Assembly (NCBI GenBank): GCA_964502365.1
Contig: CAZCWQ010000004.1
Location: forward strand, 1 to 59,274
Origin: an uncultured Desulfobacterales bacterium
GTDB taxonomy: Bacteria > Desulfobacterota > Desulfobacteria > Desulfobacterales > C00003060
DNA: 59,274 nt
Reading direction: 5' to 3'
The translations under genes and the position numbers were made by a program. A model generated the notes under the pieces. The model made no database searches. It worked only from the letters and a program-made list of their open reading frames with translations, and was not told the DNA's origin. Below, one piece after another: positions 12,104-24,010 of this stretch. Numbering within the stretch: the stretch's first letter is position 1; every line of letters begins with the position of its first letter.

Positions 12104-13216
12104 TCAATCCTTAAACATAAACCTCCTCATGCTAATATTCATGAGGATCCCCATGCCAATCATGGTCGCCACCAGCGACGAACCCCCATAGCTGATAAGC
12201 GGCAGGGTTACACCCACCACAGGCAGCAGCCCCAAAGCCATTGCCACGTTAATAACAGCCTGCCAGAACATAATGCTGGTAATACCGACAGCCAAAATGG
12301 TCCCGAAAGGCTCCTTAGAACGTATTGCAATATTGAGCCCCCAGATTATTACTAACAGGTACAGAGTGACAACCAGGGCTGAGCCCACGAATCCCCACTC
12401 TTCGGCCAAGACAGAAAAGATGAAGTCCGTATGTTGCTCAGGGAGAAATGAAAGGGCATTTTGGGTTCCTTTCAAAAACCCCTTGCCAAAAAGCATCCCC
12501 GAACCAACTGCAATCTTCGACTGAATAATATGATAACCGGCACCCAAAGGGTCTGTCTCCGGATGCATAAATGCAAAGATACGCTGTTTCTGATATCCCT
12601 TCAGAAAGAACCATGCCACCGAACACCCGAATACACCACTACCGGCCAAACAAATCAAGGATCGACGCTCAATCTTTACAAAAAGAGTCACTGACCCGGC
12701 AACCAAAAGAACCACCAGACCTGTACCTAAGTCAGGCTGCCTGGCGATTAGAGCAAAAGGTACCAAGGTCCAGATAATAGGCCGCCAAAGGTTCTTGAGC
12801 ACAAAACCTTCTTCTGATGTGCGATCAGAAAAATATCGTGCCAGCATAATGACGACGGCGATTTTCACTATTTCTGAGGGTTGAAACGAGAATGCACCCA
12901 GCACAAGCCACCGCTGGGAACCAGACACCTGTTTCCCCACAAGGACCACTGCCAAAAGCAGGGCCACGGAAAAAACGTAGATGGCGACCCCCCAACGGTG
13001 CAGGCACTTATAGTTGAAGAGAAAGACTACGACCATGGCCGCGGCTCCAATGCCAAACCAATACGACTGTTTTAGATAGACTGCCCCCCCCAAATCCGCC
13101 AAATCTGCACTGGCATTCACTGCGCTGTAAAGGGTTAGGATACCGACTCCTCCGAGGACTAGTGTCAAGACCAACATGACCCAATCAAAATGCTGAACCA
13201 ACCTTCGATCAATCAT
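12104..13216 (-). CDS. rodA: Rod shape-determining SEDS protein RodA
   Basis: 370-aa polytopic FtsW/RodA/SpoVE-family ORF. It is adjacent to PBP2. Confidence 0.92.
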   Translation of the reverse strand: MIDRRLVQHFDWVMLVLTLVLGGVGILTLYSAVNASADLADLGGAVYLKQSYWFGIGAAAMVVVFLFNYKCLHRWGVAIYVFSVALLLAVVLVGKQVSGSQRWLVLGAFSFQPSEIVKIAVVIMLARYFSDRTSEEGFVLKNLWRPIIWTLVPFALIARQPDLGTGLVVLLVAGSVTLFVKIERRSLICLAGSGVFGCSVAWFFLKGYQKQRIFAFMHPETDPLGAGYHIIQSKIAVGSGMLFGKGFLKGTQNALSFLPEQHTDFIFSVLAEEWGFVGSALVVTLYLLVIIWGLNIAIRSKEPFGTILAVGITSIMFWQAVINVAMALGLLPVVGVTLPLISYGGSSLVATMIGMGILMNISMRRFMFKD

Positions 13217-13232
13217 AACATGACCCTAATCC

Positions 13233-15071
13233 CTAACTTTCCAAATACGTCCTGATCATCTCTCTGGCAATCGGTCCTGCCGCAGTGGCACCATGGCCGC
13301 CGTGTTCTACCAGCACGGCAACAGCAACTCTTGGATTTTCTGCGGGGGCGAAGGCTACAAACCATGCATGGTCGCGAAAACGAAAAGGGGTCTCCTCTCC
13401 AGATCTGTCCTGATCATCTTCTATTGCAACGACCTGGGCTGTGCCGGTCTTGCCGGCAACTTGCACACCGGCAATGCGGGCAATCCATCCGGTACCGGTG
13501 GGCTTGTTCACCGCATCAACCAGACCCCCCCTGAGAAGCCGCAGTGTCTTCTCCGATGCAGGGAGCATTCCCAGGGGCTCGGGCACACCCAGCTCGACCG
13601 TGGACCCTTCCACACTCTTGATCCGCTCGACCACCAATGGTCTGTATCTAGTTCCTCCGTTGGCCAACGCTGCCACCAAGGATACCATCTGGATGGGTGT
13701 AACCAGATTGAATCCTTGGCCTATTGCCGCGGAAAGGGTCTCCCCGGCCTGCCAGGGCGTCCCCATCTTTCTCAACTTCCAAGCTGATGTGGGTATCAAG
13801 CCAGCAGCCTCGTTGTCAAGCTGGATCCCCGTGCGCATACCCAGTCCGCACGACTTGGCAAAGTCGGCCAGACGATCAACTCCCAGTTTTTCTCCAACCT
13901 GAAAAAAAAATACGTCACACGATTCACTCAACGCGCTTACGACGTTCAAAGACCCGTGCCCTCCTCGGTTCCAGCATCGAAACATGCGGTTGCCACACCT
14001 GTATGAGCCTGCACAGTAATACTTCGTATTCTCGTGGATTGCCCCATTCTCCAGTCCTGCTATGGCCGTCACTATCTTGAAAGTGGAGCCAGGAGGATAC
14101 CGGCCCTGAATTGCCTTGTTCTCCATTGGATGGAATTCGTTGGTAGCCAGTTCGTTCCATACCTCGTGGGTCATGCCCTCCACAAAAGCGTTCGGGTCAA
14201 ATGCGGGGCTACTCGCCATGGCCAGGATATGGCCATTGGACGGATCCATGGCTACGGCTGCGCCTACTTTCCCAACGAGCATCTCTTCGGTCCTGCGCTG
14301 AAGTTGAATATCCAAAGTCAGGTACACATTTTTCCCCGGCACCGCCTCCACGGTTTCAAGGATTCTGGTTACCTGGCCAAGGGCATTGACCTGGACTTTC
14401 TGTCTCCCCGGCTTACCATGAAAGTATGACTCATAGCCTTTTTCCACTCCGAACTTTCCGATAAAATCGCCGCTTCTGCTATGCGGAAAGCCCCCGCTGT
14501 TGAGTTCCCCTTCACTGATTTCACTGAGGTATCCTATCAAGTGTGAGGCCCGGCTCCGTTCTATGTAATGACGCATTGGTTCAACTGTGACCACAATTCC
14601 GGGAAGATCCAATTTGTGAGCTTCCACAACAGACACGGCATTGCGCCTAAGGTCGCGTTTAAGAATAATCGGTCTAAAGGATGGCCACCCCCTAGCGGCC
14701 TCAAGTCTTGCCAGAAGTGCCTCCGGCTCACATTCCAGAAACTCGGCCAACTTGAACAAAACCACTCTAGGATTCTTTGCATCTTCTGGGACAATCGACA
14801 CACTAAAGGAAGGTCTATTATCTACCATGAGCGCCCCATTGTGATCAAAGATTAGACCCCGCGAGGGTGGTATGTTTCGGAGTCGAACGCAGTTGTTTTC
14901 AGACAGCTTCCTAAATTCGGCCCCTTTTATGATCTGCAAATAGTACAGCCTCACCATAAGAATCAAGAAAAGCACGGATACACAGATTACGGCTCCCGAC
15001 AACCTCTGCCTGTACCAGTCGCTATCAACCGTTCTCAGGTATGTATCATTCATTGGATCGCCAGATTCCAC
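13233..15071 (-). CDS. mrdA: Penicillin-binding protein 2 (elongasome transpeptidase)
   Basis: 612-aa ORF with the SxxK motif (STFK) and KTGT. It lies between mreD and rodA. Confidence 0.93.
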   Translation of the reverse strand: MESGDPMNDTYLRTVDSDWYRQRLSGAVICVSVLFLILMVRLYYLQIIKGAEFRKLSENNCVRLRNIPPSRGLIFDHNGALMVDNRPSFSVSIVPEDAKNPRVVLFKLAEFLECEPEALLARLEAARGWPSFRPIILKRDLRRNAVSVVEAHKLDLPGIVVTVEPMRHYIERSRASHLIGYLSEISEGELNSGGFPHSRSGDFIGKFGVEKGYESYFHGKPGRQKVQVNALGQVTRILETVEAVPGKNVYLTLDIQLQRRTEEMLVGKVGAAVAMDPSNGHILAMASSPAFDPNAFVEGMTHEVWNELATNEFHPMENKAIQGRYPPGSTFKIVTAIAGLENGAIHENTKYYCAGSYRCGNRMFRCWNRGGHGSLNVVSALSESCDVFFFQVGEKLGVDRLADFAKSCGLGMRTGIQLDNEAAGLIPTSAWKLRKMGTPWQAGETLSAAIGQGFNLVTPIQMVSLVAALANGGTRYRPLVVERIKSVEGSTVELGVPEPLGMLPASEKTLRLLRGGLVDAVNKPTGTGWIARIAGVQVAGKTGTAQVVAIEDDQDRSGEETPFRFRDHAWFVAFAPAENPRVAVAVLVEHGGHGATAAGPIAREMIRTYLES

Positions 15072-15103
15072 GGCTTCGCAAAAAGTATTTTGTGAACGAC
15101 TTA

Positions 15104-15637
15104 TTACAAAGCCGTCAGGTTGTGCCTATGTCTGTCGCCATCCAACCGTACGGCTTGCGTTCGTCCATGGACCTTTTCCAAACCCGTAACGATAGCTGGA
15201 CCCGTAACGGCAGCAAGGATGGTCTGCCATACTACAGGCCCGATTCGACAAGCCAGCACCGGGGCCACTGCACCGGGAATAACCGAAAAAACAAAAAGAA
15301 TGAGGTTCTCTGCCAACACGCAGAGAGCGATCAACATGGATCGAAACATACTGCCTTGCACGTCGAAGTAGTTTGAAACCCCTTTTACCACAACAAGTAT
15401 CCAGAAATAGATGCTCAAGTGGAGGCCAAATTGGCCCCCTGAAAAAAGATCCATAACAAAACCTATAACCAGGACCAGGATGACACTCTTCCTTCTTGGC
15501 AAATTAAGGCGAAAGAAAATCACCATTGGAACTACAAGGTCATAGAATATACCTTGAAACAACGGCAGGGCCAAAACAGTCGTCTGTGCAACAACTACGG
15601 CTAGTCCAACAATTCCATAAAGAGATAAGACTCTCAC
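15104..15637 (-). CDS. mreD: Rod shape-determining protein MreD
   Basis: 177-aa hydrophobic ORF located between mreC and mrdA. Confidence 0.8.
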   Translation of the reverse strand: MRVLSLYGIVGLAVVVAQTTVLALPLFQGIFYDLVVPMVIFFRLNLPRRKSVILVLVIGFVMDLFSGGQFGLHLSIYFWILVVVKGVSNYFDVQGSMFRSMLIALCVLAENLILFVFSVIPGAVAPVLACRIGPVVWQTILAAVTGPAIVTGLEKVHGRTQAVRLDGDRHRHNLTAL

Positions 15638-15672
15638 GTTATCCTTAGTAACATTCGTGCCACGCTATGCCT

Positions 15673-16479
15673 CTACTCGACAATAACCAAGACCTCTTCT
15701 AATCTTGCAAAATCGACAAAAGGCACAACTTTGACTACCTGGAAGATTCCAGGCTCACTCTTGGAAACCTCTTTTACAGAGCCCACACGAAGGCCTTTCG
15801 GAAAAAGCCCATCGAGTCCCGAAGATACCACAGTGTCTCCGACACTGATGTCTGCCTTTCTCAGAACATATTTGAATTGGCAATACTCATCGGTCTCTCC
15901 TTCAACAATACCTCGGGCCCTGGTCCGCTGTACAAGGGCATCAACGGCACTACTGCGGTCGATGATGAGCATCACTTTGGAGTGACGGTACGACGGGGCC
16001 ACAACTTGACCCACAATTCCTTCCGGGGCCATAACAGCCATACCCTTGCCGACACCGTCATGCGTGCCTCTGTCTATGATAATGGTCTTAAACCACCCGG
16101 AGGGGTCCAGTCCTACGACCTGGGCAGCAAGGAGCTGCTGAGGAAAGGCTGTTTTTACCTGCAAAAGCTTGCGAAGACGTTGACAACTGTGCTCAGATTC
16201 AATGTATTGACTTTTTTGAAGGTTCGCCTGAGCAAGCATCCTTGTAAGCTGATCGTTTTCTTGTCTGACAGCAACCAAGTAAAAGTAGTGACTCCAGACA
16301 TGCTCACAAAAACGGATAGCGTACATTACACCTTCCTGAAACGGTGCAATACCAGACATCACTACTCTATCAACCACCGTGCTGCCGTGACGATGCTTGG
16401 CACTTACAGAAAGGAAGATGATGTTAATCAGGACAAGCAGGATGAGACAAAGGATGCTCAGCAGTCTTTTTGAAAACAT
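15673..16479 (-). CDS. mreC: Rod shape-determining protein MreC
   Basis: 268-aa ORF with an N-terminal TM helix, a coiled coil, and the motifs SSGLDGLFPKGLRVG and V.P.VDF typical of MreC. Confidence 0.9.
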   Translation of the reverse strand: MFSKRLLSILCLILLVLINIIFLSVSAKHRHGSTVVDRVVMSGIAPFQEGVMYAIRFCEHVWSHYFYLVAVRQENDQLTRMLAQANLQKSQYIESEHSCQRLRKLLQVKTAFPQQLLAAQVVGLDPSGWFKTIIIDRGTHDGVGKGMAVMAPEGIVGQVVAPSYRHSKVMLIIDRSSAVDALVQRTRARGIVEGETDEYCQFKYVLRKADISVGDTVVSSGLDGLFPKGLRVGSVKEVSKSEPGIFQVVKVVPFVDFARLEEVLVIVE

Positions 16480-16542
16480 GGGCGCAGCCGGAATAGGATT
16501 TGAGTGGGCAGTCCGTCACAAGATGATACTGCGGCACCCCCT

Positions 16543-17679
<1,137 letters not shown>

Positions 17680-17791
17680 TTATACTATTAGCAAAGGCAA
17701 CTTCCCTTTTCAAGGCAAAAAAGCTTTAAAGCCTCTGGAGGCTGGAAAAGTATTTGAAATTTGTACTATCATGTGATTTCAAGGTTACGTT

Positions 17792-18625
17792 GTGCCATTG
17801 GTAAGCGTCATAATTCCCACCCACAATCGCGCATCTCTTGTCAAAGAGGCCATTAGGTCTGTGCAAGAACAGGACTTCAGCGATCTGGAAATCATTGTTG
17901 TTGACGATGGCTCAACTGACAATACACCACAGCTCCTCAGGTCTTATGCAAACATATATACGGTCAGACAAAACCATCGCGGGGTGAGTGCGGCACGCAA
18001 TGCCGGTATCACACAAGCCTCAGGGCAGTTTGTCGCGTTTCTTGACTCTGATGACCTCTGGTTTCCCAAAAAGCTATCGGCTCAGGTGGCCTTTTTTAAT
18101 GATCACCCAGGCGCCCTCATTTGCCACACAGAGGAGATCTGGATAAGGAACGGCGTCAGAGTGAATCCAAGAAGGCGCCACAAGAAGTATTCCGGGATGA
18201 TTTTCGAACATCTTGTAGAGCTGTGTCTTGTTAGTCCTTCGGCGGTTATGATTCATCAAAGCCTGTTTGATAAAATAGGTCGGTTTGACGAGACACTGCC
18301 TGCTTGCGAAGATTACGACCTTTGGCTAAGGATAGCCTGTCGTTATCCTATATATTTAATCAGCACACCTCTGGTTATCAAACGAGGCGGACACAAGGAT
18401 CAGCTTTCAAGGATAGCCGCGTTGGACCGTTTTCGCATCTATGCCTTAAGAAAGATTCTTGAAAATCCCCCAGAGGGCGGATTAGTCCCAGACCAACGTA
18501 CGGCGGCAATCAAGTCCTTGACCAACAAGTGTGCCATCTATGTGGCAGGATGTCTTAAGCGCGGGCGTGTGGATGAAGCAAACCAATACTTGCGGCTGAA
18601 GGCCAAATTCGAACCGGGAAATTGA
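17792..18625 (+). CDS. Family 2 glycosyltransferase
   Basis: 277-aa ORF (GTG start) with VSVIIPTHNR...VVDDGSTD...DSDD GT-A motifs. Confidence 0.85.
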   Translation: MPLVSVIIPTHNRASLVKEAIRSVQEQDFSDLEIIVVDDGSTDNTPQLLRSYANIYTVRQNHRGVSAARNAGITQASGQFVAFLDSDDLWFPKKLSAQVAFFNDHPGALICHTEEIWIRNGVRVNPRRRHKKYSGMIFEHLVELCLVSPSAVMIHQSLFDKIGRFDETLPACEDYDLWLRIACRYPIYLISTPLVIKRGGHKDQLSRIAALDRFRIYALRKILENPPEGGLVPDQRTAAIKSLTNKCAIYVAGCLKRGRVDEANQYLRLKAKFEPGN

Positions 18626-18706
18626 TGGACTCGCACAAAGTCTTTTGGGAGCGACATTGAACAAGACCGATTTTTTACGAAACCGTCAAAATTAGGGACA
18701 AGAGCG

Positions 18707-19654
18707 ATGACTAGGTTGTTTTTAGATGTCCTTGTGGCGGCGATATCGACCGGATTGTTGTGGAAAGGATCCGAATGGGTTGTTGATTCTTCAGTTCGTA
18801 TTGCGCATAAGCTTCGCATCTCCGACCTGACTATTGGGTTAACAATTGTTGCCATCGGGACATCTGCTCCTGAGTTTGCAGTCACGGTAAATGCCGCCAT
18901 TAGAGGTCTGCCAAACATATCGGTTAGCAATGTAGTGGGTTCCAACATCTTCAACTTGGGATTCATACTTGGCGGTTGCGCCGCTATCCGTACGATCAGG
19001 ACCAGCCCTGCAATTGTGTGGCGAGACGGTCTTTTCTTGCTGATTATGTCTTCCGTTTTGGTACTATTTCTCGGTGACTTAGCGCTAACCCCTAATGAGG
19101 CACTTGTACTCCTTCTTGCCCTCATCCTCTACATTACGTATCTGTTTTGGAAAAAGGTCCCCATGGAAGACCAAGATCACATTAATGAGGCCACGCGCAG
19201 AGACATCCTGCTGCTGGTCGTCGGAATCCTCGCCGTGGTGGGTGGTGGACACCTGCTTGTGTGGTCAGCGGCCTCCTTGGCACGAGGCCTTGGGTTGTCC
19301 GAGTGGGTCATTGGAGTGACCATCGTGGCAGCAGGAACCTCGGCGCCTGAATTTGCCACATCGTTTATGGCGGCTTATAAAGGTCGATATGCCATGTCCA
19401 TCGGCAACTTGATAGGCAGCGATCTGTTCAACCTCTTGGGAGTCCTTGGCTTGGCAGGCATGCTTGGCCCTCTGCGTATTAGTGCAGAGGGGCTGCAAAG
19501 CCTTTATCTCCTGGTCGCGATGATACTGCTTGTGGTTTTGTTCATGCGTACCGGTTTTCGCGTATCTCGGACCGAGGGCCTTGTCCTTATAGCGATCAGT
19601 GCCATTTACTGGATATTGTTGATTGCTCAGGGCTTCGAAACCTTCACGCTTTGA
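18707..19654 (+). CDS. Ca2+/Na+ antiporter (CaCA family, YrbG-like)
   Basis: 315-aa polytopic ORF with two alpha-repeat GTSAPEF motifs. Confidence 0.85.
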   Translation: MTRLFLDVLVAAISTGLLWKGSEWVVDSSVRIAHKLRISDLTIGLTIVAIGTSAPEFAVTVNAAIRGLPNISVSNVVGSNIFNLGFILGGCAAIRTIRTSPAIVWRDGLFLLIMSSVLVLFLGDLALTPNEALVLLLALILYITYLFWKKVPMEDQDHINEATRRDILLLVVGILAVVGGGHLLVWSAASLARGLGLSEWVIGVTIVAAGTSAPEFATSFMAAYKGRYAMSIGNLIGSDLFNLLGVLGLAGMLGPLRISAEGLQSLYLLVAMILLVVLFMRTGFRVSRTEGLVLIAISAIYWILLIAQGFETFTL

Positions 19655-19658
19655 CAGC

Positions 19659-19682
19659 CAACAAAAATAGTTGTTTTTTTTT
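19659..19682 (+). terminator. Weak hairpin plus T9 tract after the antiporter gene
   Basis: CAAC(aaaaata)GTTG is followed by nine T residues. The stem is only 4 bp. Confidence 0.3.
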
Positions 19683-19771
19683 CGAAATTCTGCTAATCCG
19701 CTACTACATCTCAGGTGCGAGCCATTCCCCAGACCCTTCACTCTTGTCCTATCAGACAGGGGGTTTTCAGG

Positions 19772-22700
19772 ATGTCGGATACCGTCCAAAAGAGCACCCA
19801 CCTTCACCTTGGAATAGATGTCGGCTCCGTCAGTGTTAACACAGTACTGGTAAGCGAACACAAAGATGTGGTCTGGGAAGACTATACGCGTACCAGGGGG
19901 CAGCCACTCAAGGCCACAGCAGCAGTTTTGTTTGAGTTAGTTGAAAAAGTTGCTGCTGAGCAAATCCTTTCATGCTCTCTTACCGGAATTGGAGCAACGC
20001 AACTTGCTGAAGCCCTTGAAGCGGTCTTCGTCAATGAAATCATCGCCCAGGCTAAGGCCATCGAATGTTTTCATCCCGAAGTTAAGACAATTATTGAGAT
20101 GGGAGGTGAAGATGCAAAACTGATCCTCGTAAATCAGGATTCCTCAGGAGATCTGGTTATTGAAGATTTCGCCATGAACAGCCTTTGTGCGGCGGGAACC
20201 GGCTCCTTTCTGGATCAACAGGCGCACCGCATGGGCTATACTATTGAAGAATTCGGTTGTCTGGCTTTAAAGTCTGAGATGCCACCCCGTATTGCCGGCC
20301 GGTGTACGGTCTTTGCAAAGACCGACATGATCCATCTTCAGCAGGGGGCCACGCCGGATTTTGAAATCATTGCAGGGCTTTGTTTTGCCCTTGCCCGCAA
20401 TCTGAAAAGCAATATCGGAAGAGGGAAAAAGATCCGAAGTCCCGTGGCCTTCCAAGGAGGGGTTGCAGCCAACCATGGTGTTCGAAAGGCATTTCAGGAG
20501 GTGTTGCGGCTCGGCGAAGATAGACTTGTTGTTCCGAAGCACTTCTATTCCATGGGCGCCATCGGAGCTGCGCTCACAACCATGGAAAAAGAATCCGCGC
20601 CACACCCTTTCAAGGGGGTTAAACGGCTGGAGGCGTACATTGCCAGCCGCTCCATCAAGACAAACCGCCTGCCCCCCCTGGGGGGTATGGTCAGTGGTCA
20701 ATGGTCGATGGTCAATGGTCAGAAAACGGACAAACCGATAAGTGGGCAAGACATCAAACAACAGGAAGTCTATCTTGGCCTTGACGTAGGGTCCATCAGT
20801 ACGAATGTCGTTTTAATAAACGACCAAAAGGAGCTTGTGGCGAAGGCCTACCTCATGACTGCGGGAAGACCTCTTGAGGCGGTGAAGCAGGGCCTGAGGA
20901 TCATCGGTGAACAGTGCGCAGACCGAGTCAAGGTCGTTGGAGCGGCCAGCACAGGTTCAGGCAGATATTTGACTGGAGACTTCGTGGGAGCCGACATCAT
21001 AAGGAACGAAATCACCGCACAGGCCACGGCAGCAGCCGATATTGATCCAAGGGTCGATACCATATTTGAGATTGGAGGCCAGGATTCAAAGTACATCAGT
21101 CTGGATAACGGCGTGATTGTCGACTTCATGATGAACAAGGTTTGCGCTGCGGGCACCGGTTCCTTTCTTGAAGAACAGGCCGAAAAGCTGGGTCTGTCCA
21201 TAAAGGAGGAGTTCGGCACCTTGGCCACGTCTGCCAAGCAGCCCGTGCGCTTGGGTGAGCGGTGCACGGTCTTCATGGAGTCAGACTTGGTGCACCACCA
21301 GCAGCAGGGATGTGCCAAGGACGACCTGGTGGCTGGTCTTTCTTACTCTATTGTGGAAAATTACCTGAATCGTGTCGTAGAGCGCCGCAAGGTGGGAAAT
21401 CACATTTTTTACCAGGGGGCTACGGCACTTAACCGTGGTATTGTGGCAGCCTTTGAGAAGGTGCTTGGAAAATCGATCACAGTGCCTCCCCACTGTGACG
21501 TGACAGGGGCCATTGGGGCCGCACTTCTTGCCATGAAGGAGCGCAACTGGAAGGAAAGCAATTTCAAGGGCTTCGGGGCCAGCGAATCCGAGTATACCAT
21601 TAAATCTTTTGAATGCAACAAGTGCCCCAACCGTTGTGAAATACGAAAAGTCACTGTGGAAGGAGGCAAACCACTTTTCTATGGGGGTCGCTGTGAGCGG
21701 TATGAAGTCTATCGCCAGGGATCGGCCAAAATCGAACTTCCGGACCTATTCGCCGAGAGGCAGGCTTGGCTCCTTGAGACCCCGTTTCAAGAAGTCGTAC
21801 ACACAGGACCGCGAGGGAGGCGTGGCACAATAGGGATTCCCAGGACGATGTTCTTTATGGAACTGGCCCCCTTCTTCATCACCTTCTTTGAACTGCTCGG
21901 CTATGAAGTCATTATTTCGGAGCAGACACACAAGCGACTCATCCACCAAGGCGTTGAACGTATCGTGGCAGAGACGTGTTTTCCTATAAAGGTTGCCCAT
22001 GGTCACATATTGGACCTTCTCGACAAAGGACTCAAGACCATCTTTCTGCCTCACGTGGTTGACATCAAGCAACCGTCCAAGTTCCCCTTCAGTTATCTGT
22101 GCCCGTATGCTCAGACACTTGCCTATACTGTGCATTCATCCATTAACTTCAAAGAAGCCGGTGCACAAGTACTGCAACCTGTCTTGTACTTCGGGCGGGG
22201 GTATTCGCGACTTCTAGCGGGGTTGAAAGTGCTTGGAAAGACTCTGCACTTAACTTCCCAAGCGGTCAGGAATGCCGCCGAAGCTGCTTGGCAGGCCCAG
22301 GAGCGGTTCTATCACAGGCTTATAAAGCGCGGAGATGAGATTTTTTCACGCCTGAGACCACACGAAAAGCTCATGGTGTTAGTCGGCAGACCATACAACG
22401 GATTTGACCCCGGTATAAACCTGAACCTTCCCAAAAAACTTCGTGACCTGGCAACACTGGCCATGCCCATGGACTTTCTACGTCTTGACGCCATGGCCAT
22501 TCAAAGTCCAGATGTGGCGAGTCAGTACTGGCGATTCGGGCAAAAAATCATGAGCGCAGCTGAAATCATCAAGCAAGACCCTCGCCTTTTTGCAATTTAT
22601 ATCACCAACTTCGGATGTGGGCCCGATTCGTTTATCTCCCACTTTTTCCAGAATCGTCTCCAAGGCAAACCGTATCTTGAGATCGAAATCGATGAACACA

Positions 22701-24010
22701 GCGCAGATGTTGGAGCGATCACTCGTCTGGAGGCCTTTTTGGACAGCTTGAATAACGTGAGACCAGATCTATGGAATGACGCTGTTGCGGTGCGCAAAAG
22801 GGGGATCAAGACAGGCAGGCGGAAGGTCTTCGTACCCCCCATGACCGATCAGGCATATGCAGTGGCCGCAGCCTTCAGGGCTTGCGGGGTAGACTCAGAA
22901 GTTCTTTCGGAGTCTGATGACGAGACATTGGCCATCGGGCGCCAACTTACTTCGGGCAAAGAGTGCTACCCATGTATTCTTACAACAGGAGACATGGTAA
23001 AACGTGTCCGCCGTTCGGACTTTGATCCTGAGAAATCAGCCTTTTTTATGCCCTCCGGCACCGGCCCTTGTCGTTATGGACAGTATCACCGTTTTCACCG
23101 ACTGATCTTGGACAGGCTCGGATATGAGGAGGTCCCAATCTATGCCCCTGACCAGAGCGAGGTCTTCTACAAGGAACTTGGGATGGTCAATGGCGATTTT
23201 CCAAGGCTGGGCTGGCAAGGGTTGGTGGCGGTGGATCTGCTGGAAAAACTGGTTCGGCAGTTCCGACCTTATGAAACCGAGCCCGGCGCCTCTGATCGGG
23301 CTTACAAAGATGGCCTTAAGGCCATCTGCCGAACCGTTGAAACACGGGGAGACCTTGTGAAAATCCTCAAAGAGATCAGGGCTTCATTTGAGACAATACC
23401 GGTGAAAGATCTCGGCAGCAAACCAGTAGTCGGAATTGTGGGAGAGATTTACACAAGGGCGAACCGATTTGCCAATGAAGATGCCATCCTGAGGATTGAG
23501 GCGCTGGGGGGAGAGGTATGGATGCCCCCGGTTGCCGAGTGGGTTTTGTACATCAATTACATTGCCAAAGAGCGGAGCCTGAGGAAACGACAGCTTAAGA
23601 CCTGGCTGAAAAATGTGTGGACCGACCGTGTCCAGCGCCGGTATGAGCACGAATACAGTGCAATCTTTGAGGGCATGCTCAGATACCTTTGGGAGCCGCC
23701 CACTGAGGAGGTTTTGGAAAACGCCCGGCCTTATCTTCATCCCTGTTTCAGAGGCGAATCTGTTTTGAGCATCGGAAAATCAGTTGACTATATCAGAAGA
23801 AAAACTGCAGGAATCGTAAGCATCATGCCCTTCACCTGTATGCCGGGGACAATTGTCAGCGCAATCTTGAAACGGTGCAAAGAAGAAAACAACAACATCC
23901 CATATCTGAATCTATCTTATGATGGGCAGGCCGAGACCAATACTATGACCCGCTTAGAGGCCTTCATGTATCAAGTGCGGCGATATGATGAAAGGCACGC
24001 GAGACCATGA
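19772..24010 (+). CDS. Large CoA-substrate-specific enzyme activase-like protein (two BcrA/BadF/HgdC-type ATPase domains plus a large C-terminal dehydratase-like/DUF domain)
   Basis: GIDVGS.S.N and NDKCAAGTGSFL-like motifs occur twice (LCAAGTGSFLDQQ and VCAAGTGSFLEEQ). A Cys-rich C-terminal ~800 aa follows. The start is set at the ATG at 19772 (MSDTVQK...). Confidence 0.85.
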   Translation: MSDTVQKSTHLHLGIDVGSVSVNTVLVSEHKDVVWEDYTRTRGQPLKATAAVLFELVEKVAAEQILSCSLTGIGATQLAEALEAVFVNEIIAQAKAIECFHPEVKTIIEMGGEDAKLILVNQDSSGDLVIEDFAMNSLCAAGTGSFLDQQAHRMGYTIEEFGCLALKSEMPPRIAGRCTVFAKTDMIHLQQGATPDFEIIAGLCFALARNLKSNIGRGKKIRSPVAFQGGVAANHGVRKAFQEVLRLGEDRLVVPKHFYSMGAIGAALTTMEKESAPHPFKGVKRLEAYIASRSIKTNRLPPLGGMVSGQWSMVNGQKTDKPISGQDIKQQEVYLGLDVGSISTNVVLINDQKELVAKAYLMTAGRPLEAVKQGLRIIGEQCADRVKVVGAASTGSGRYLTGDFVGADIIRNEITAQATAAADIDPRVDTIFEIGGQDSKYISLDNGVIVDFMMNKVCAAGTGSFLEEQAEKLGLSIKEEFGTLATSAKQPVRLGERCTVFMESDLVHHQQQGCAKDDLVAGLSYSIVENYLNRVVERRKVGNHIFYQGATALNRGIVAAFEKVLGKSITVPPHCDVTGAIGAALLAMKERNWKESNFKGFGASESEYTIKSFECNKCPNRCEIRKVTVEGGKPLFYGGRCERYEVYRQGSAKIELPDLFAERQAWLLETPFQEVVHTGPRGRRGTIGIPRTMFFMELAPFFITFFELLGYEVIISEQTHKRLIHQGVERIVAETCFPIKVAHGHILDLLDKGLKTIFLPHVVDIKQPSKFPFSYLCPYAQTLAYTVHSSINFKEAGAQVLQPVLYFGRGYSRLLAGLKVLGKTLHLTSQAVRNAAEAAWQAQERFYHRLIKRGDEIFSRLRPHEKLMVLVGRPYNGFDPGINLNLPKKLRDLATLAMPMDFLRLDAMAIQSPDVASQYWRFGQKIMSAAEIIKQDPRLFAIYITNFGCGPDSFISHFFQNRLQGKPYLEIEIDEHSADVGAITRLEAFLDSLNNVRPDLWNDAVAVRKRGIKTGRRKVFVPPMTDQAYAVAAAFRACGVDSEVLSESDDETLAIGRQLTSGKECYPCILTTGDMVKRVRRSDFDPEKSAFFMPSGTGPCRYGQYHRFHRLILDRLGYEEVPIYAPDQSEVFYKELGMVNGDFPRLGWQGLVAVDLLEKLVRQFRPYETEPGASDRAYKDGLKAICRTVETRGDLVKILKEIRASFETIPVKDLGSKPVVGIVGEIYTRANRFANEDAILRIEALGGEVWMPPVAEWVLYINYIAKERSLRKRQLKTWLKNVWTDRVQRRYEHEYSAIFEGMLRYLWEPPTEEVLENARPYLHPCFRGESVLSIGKSVDYIRRKTAGIVSIMPFTCMPGTIVSAILKRCKEENNNIPYLNLSYDGQAETNTMTRLEAFMYQVRRYDERHARP
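20688..20722 (+). repeat. Five tandem copies of heptanucleotide TGGTCRR inside the activase CDS linker
   Basis: The sequence is TGGTCAG TGGTCAA TGGTCGA TGGTCAA TGGTCAG. It is preceded by a C7-T-G6 tract at 20672-20685. Confidence 0.85.
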
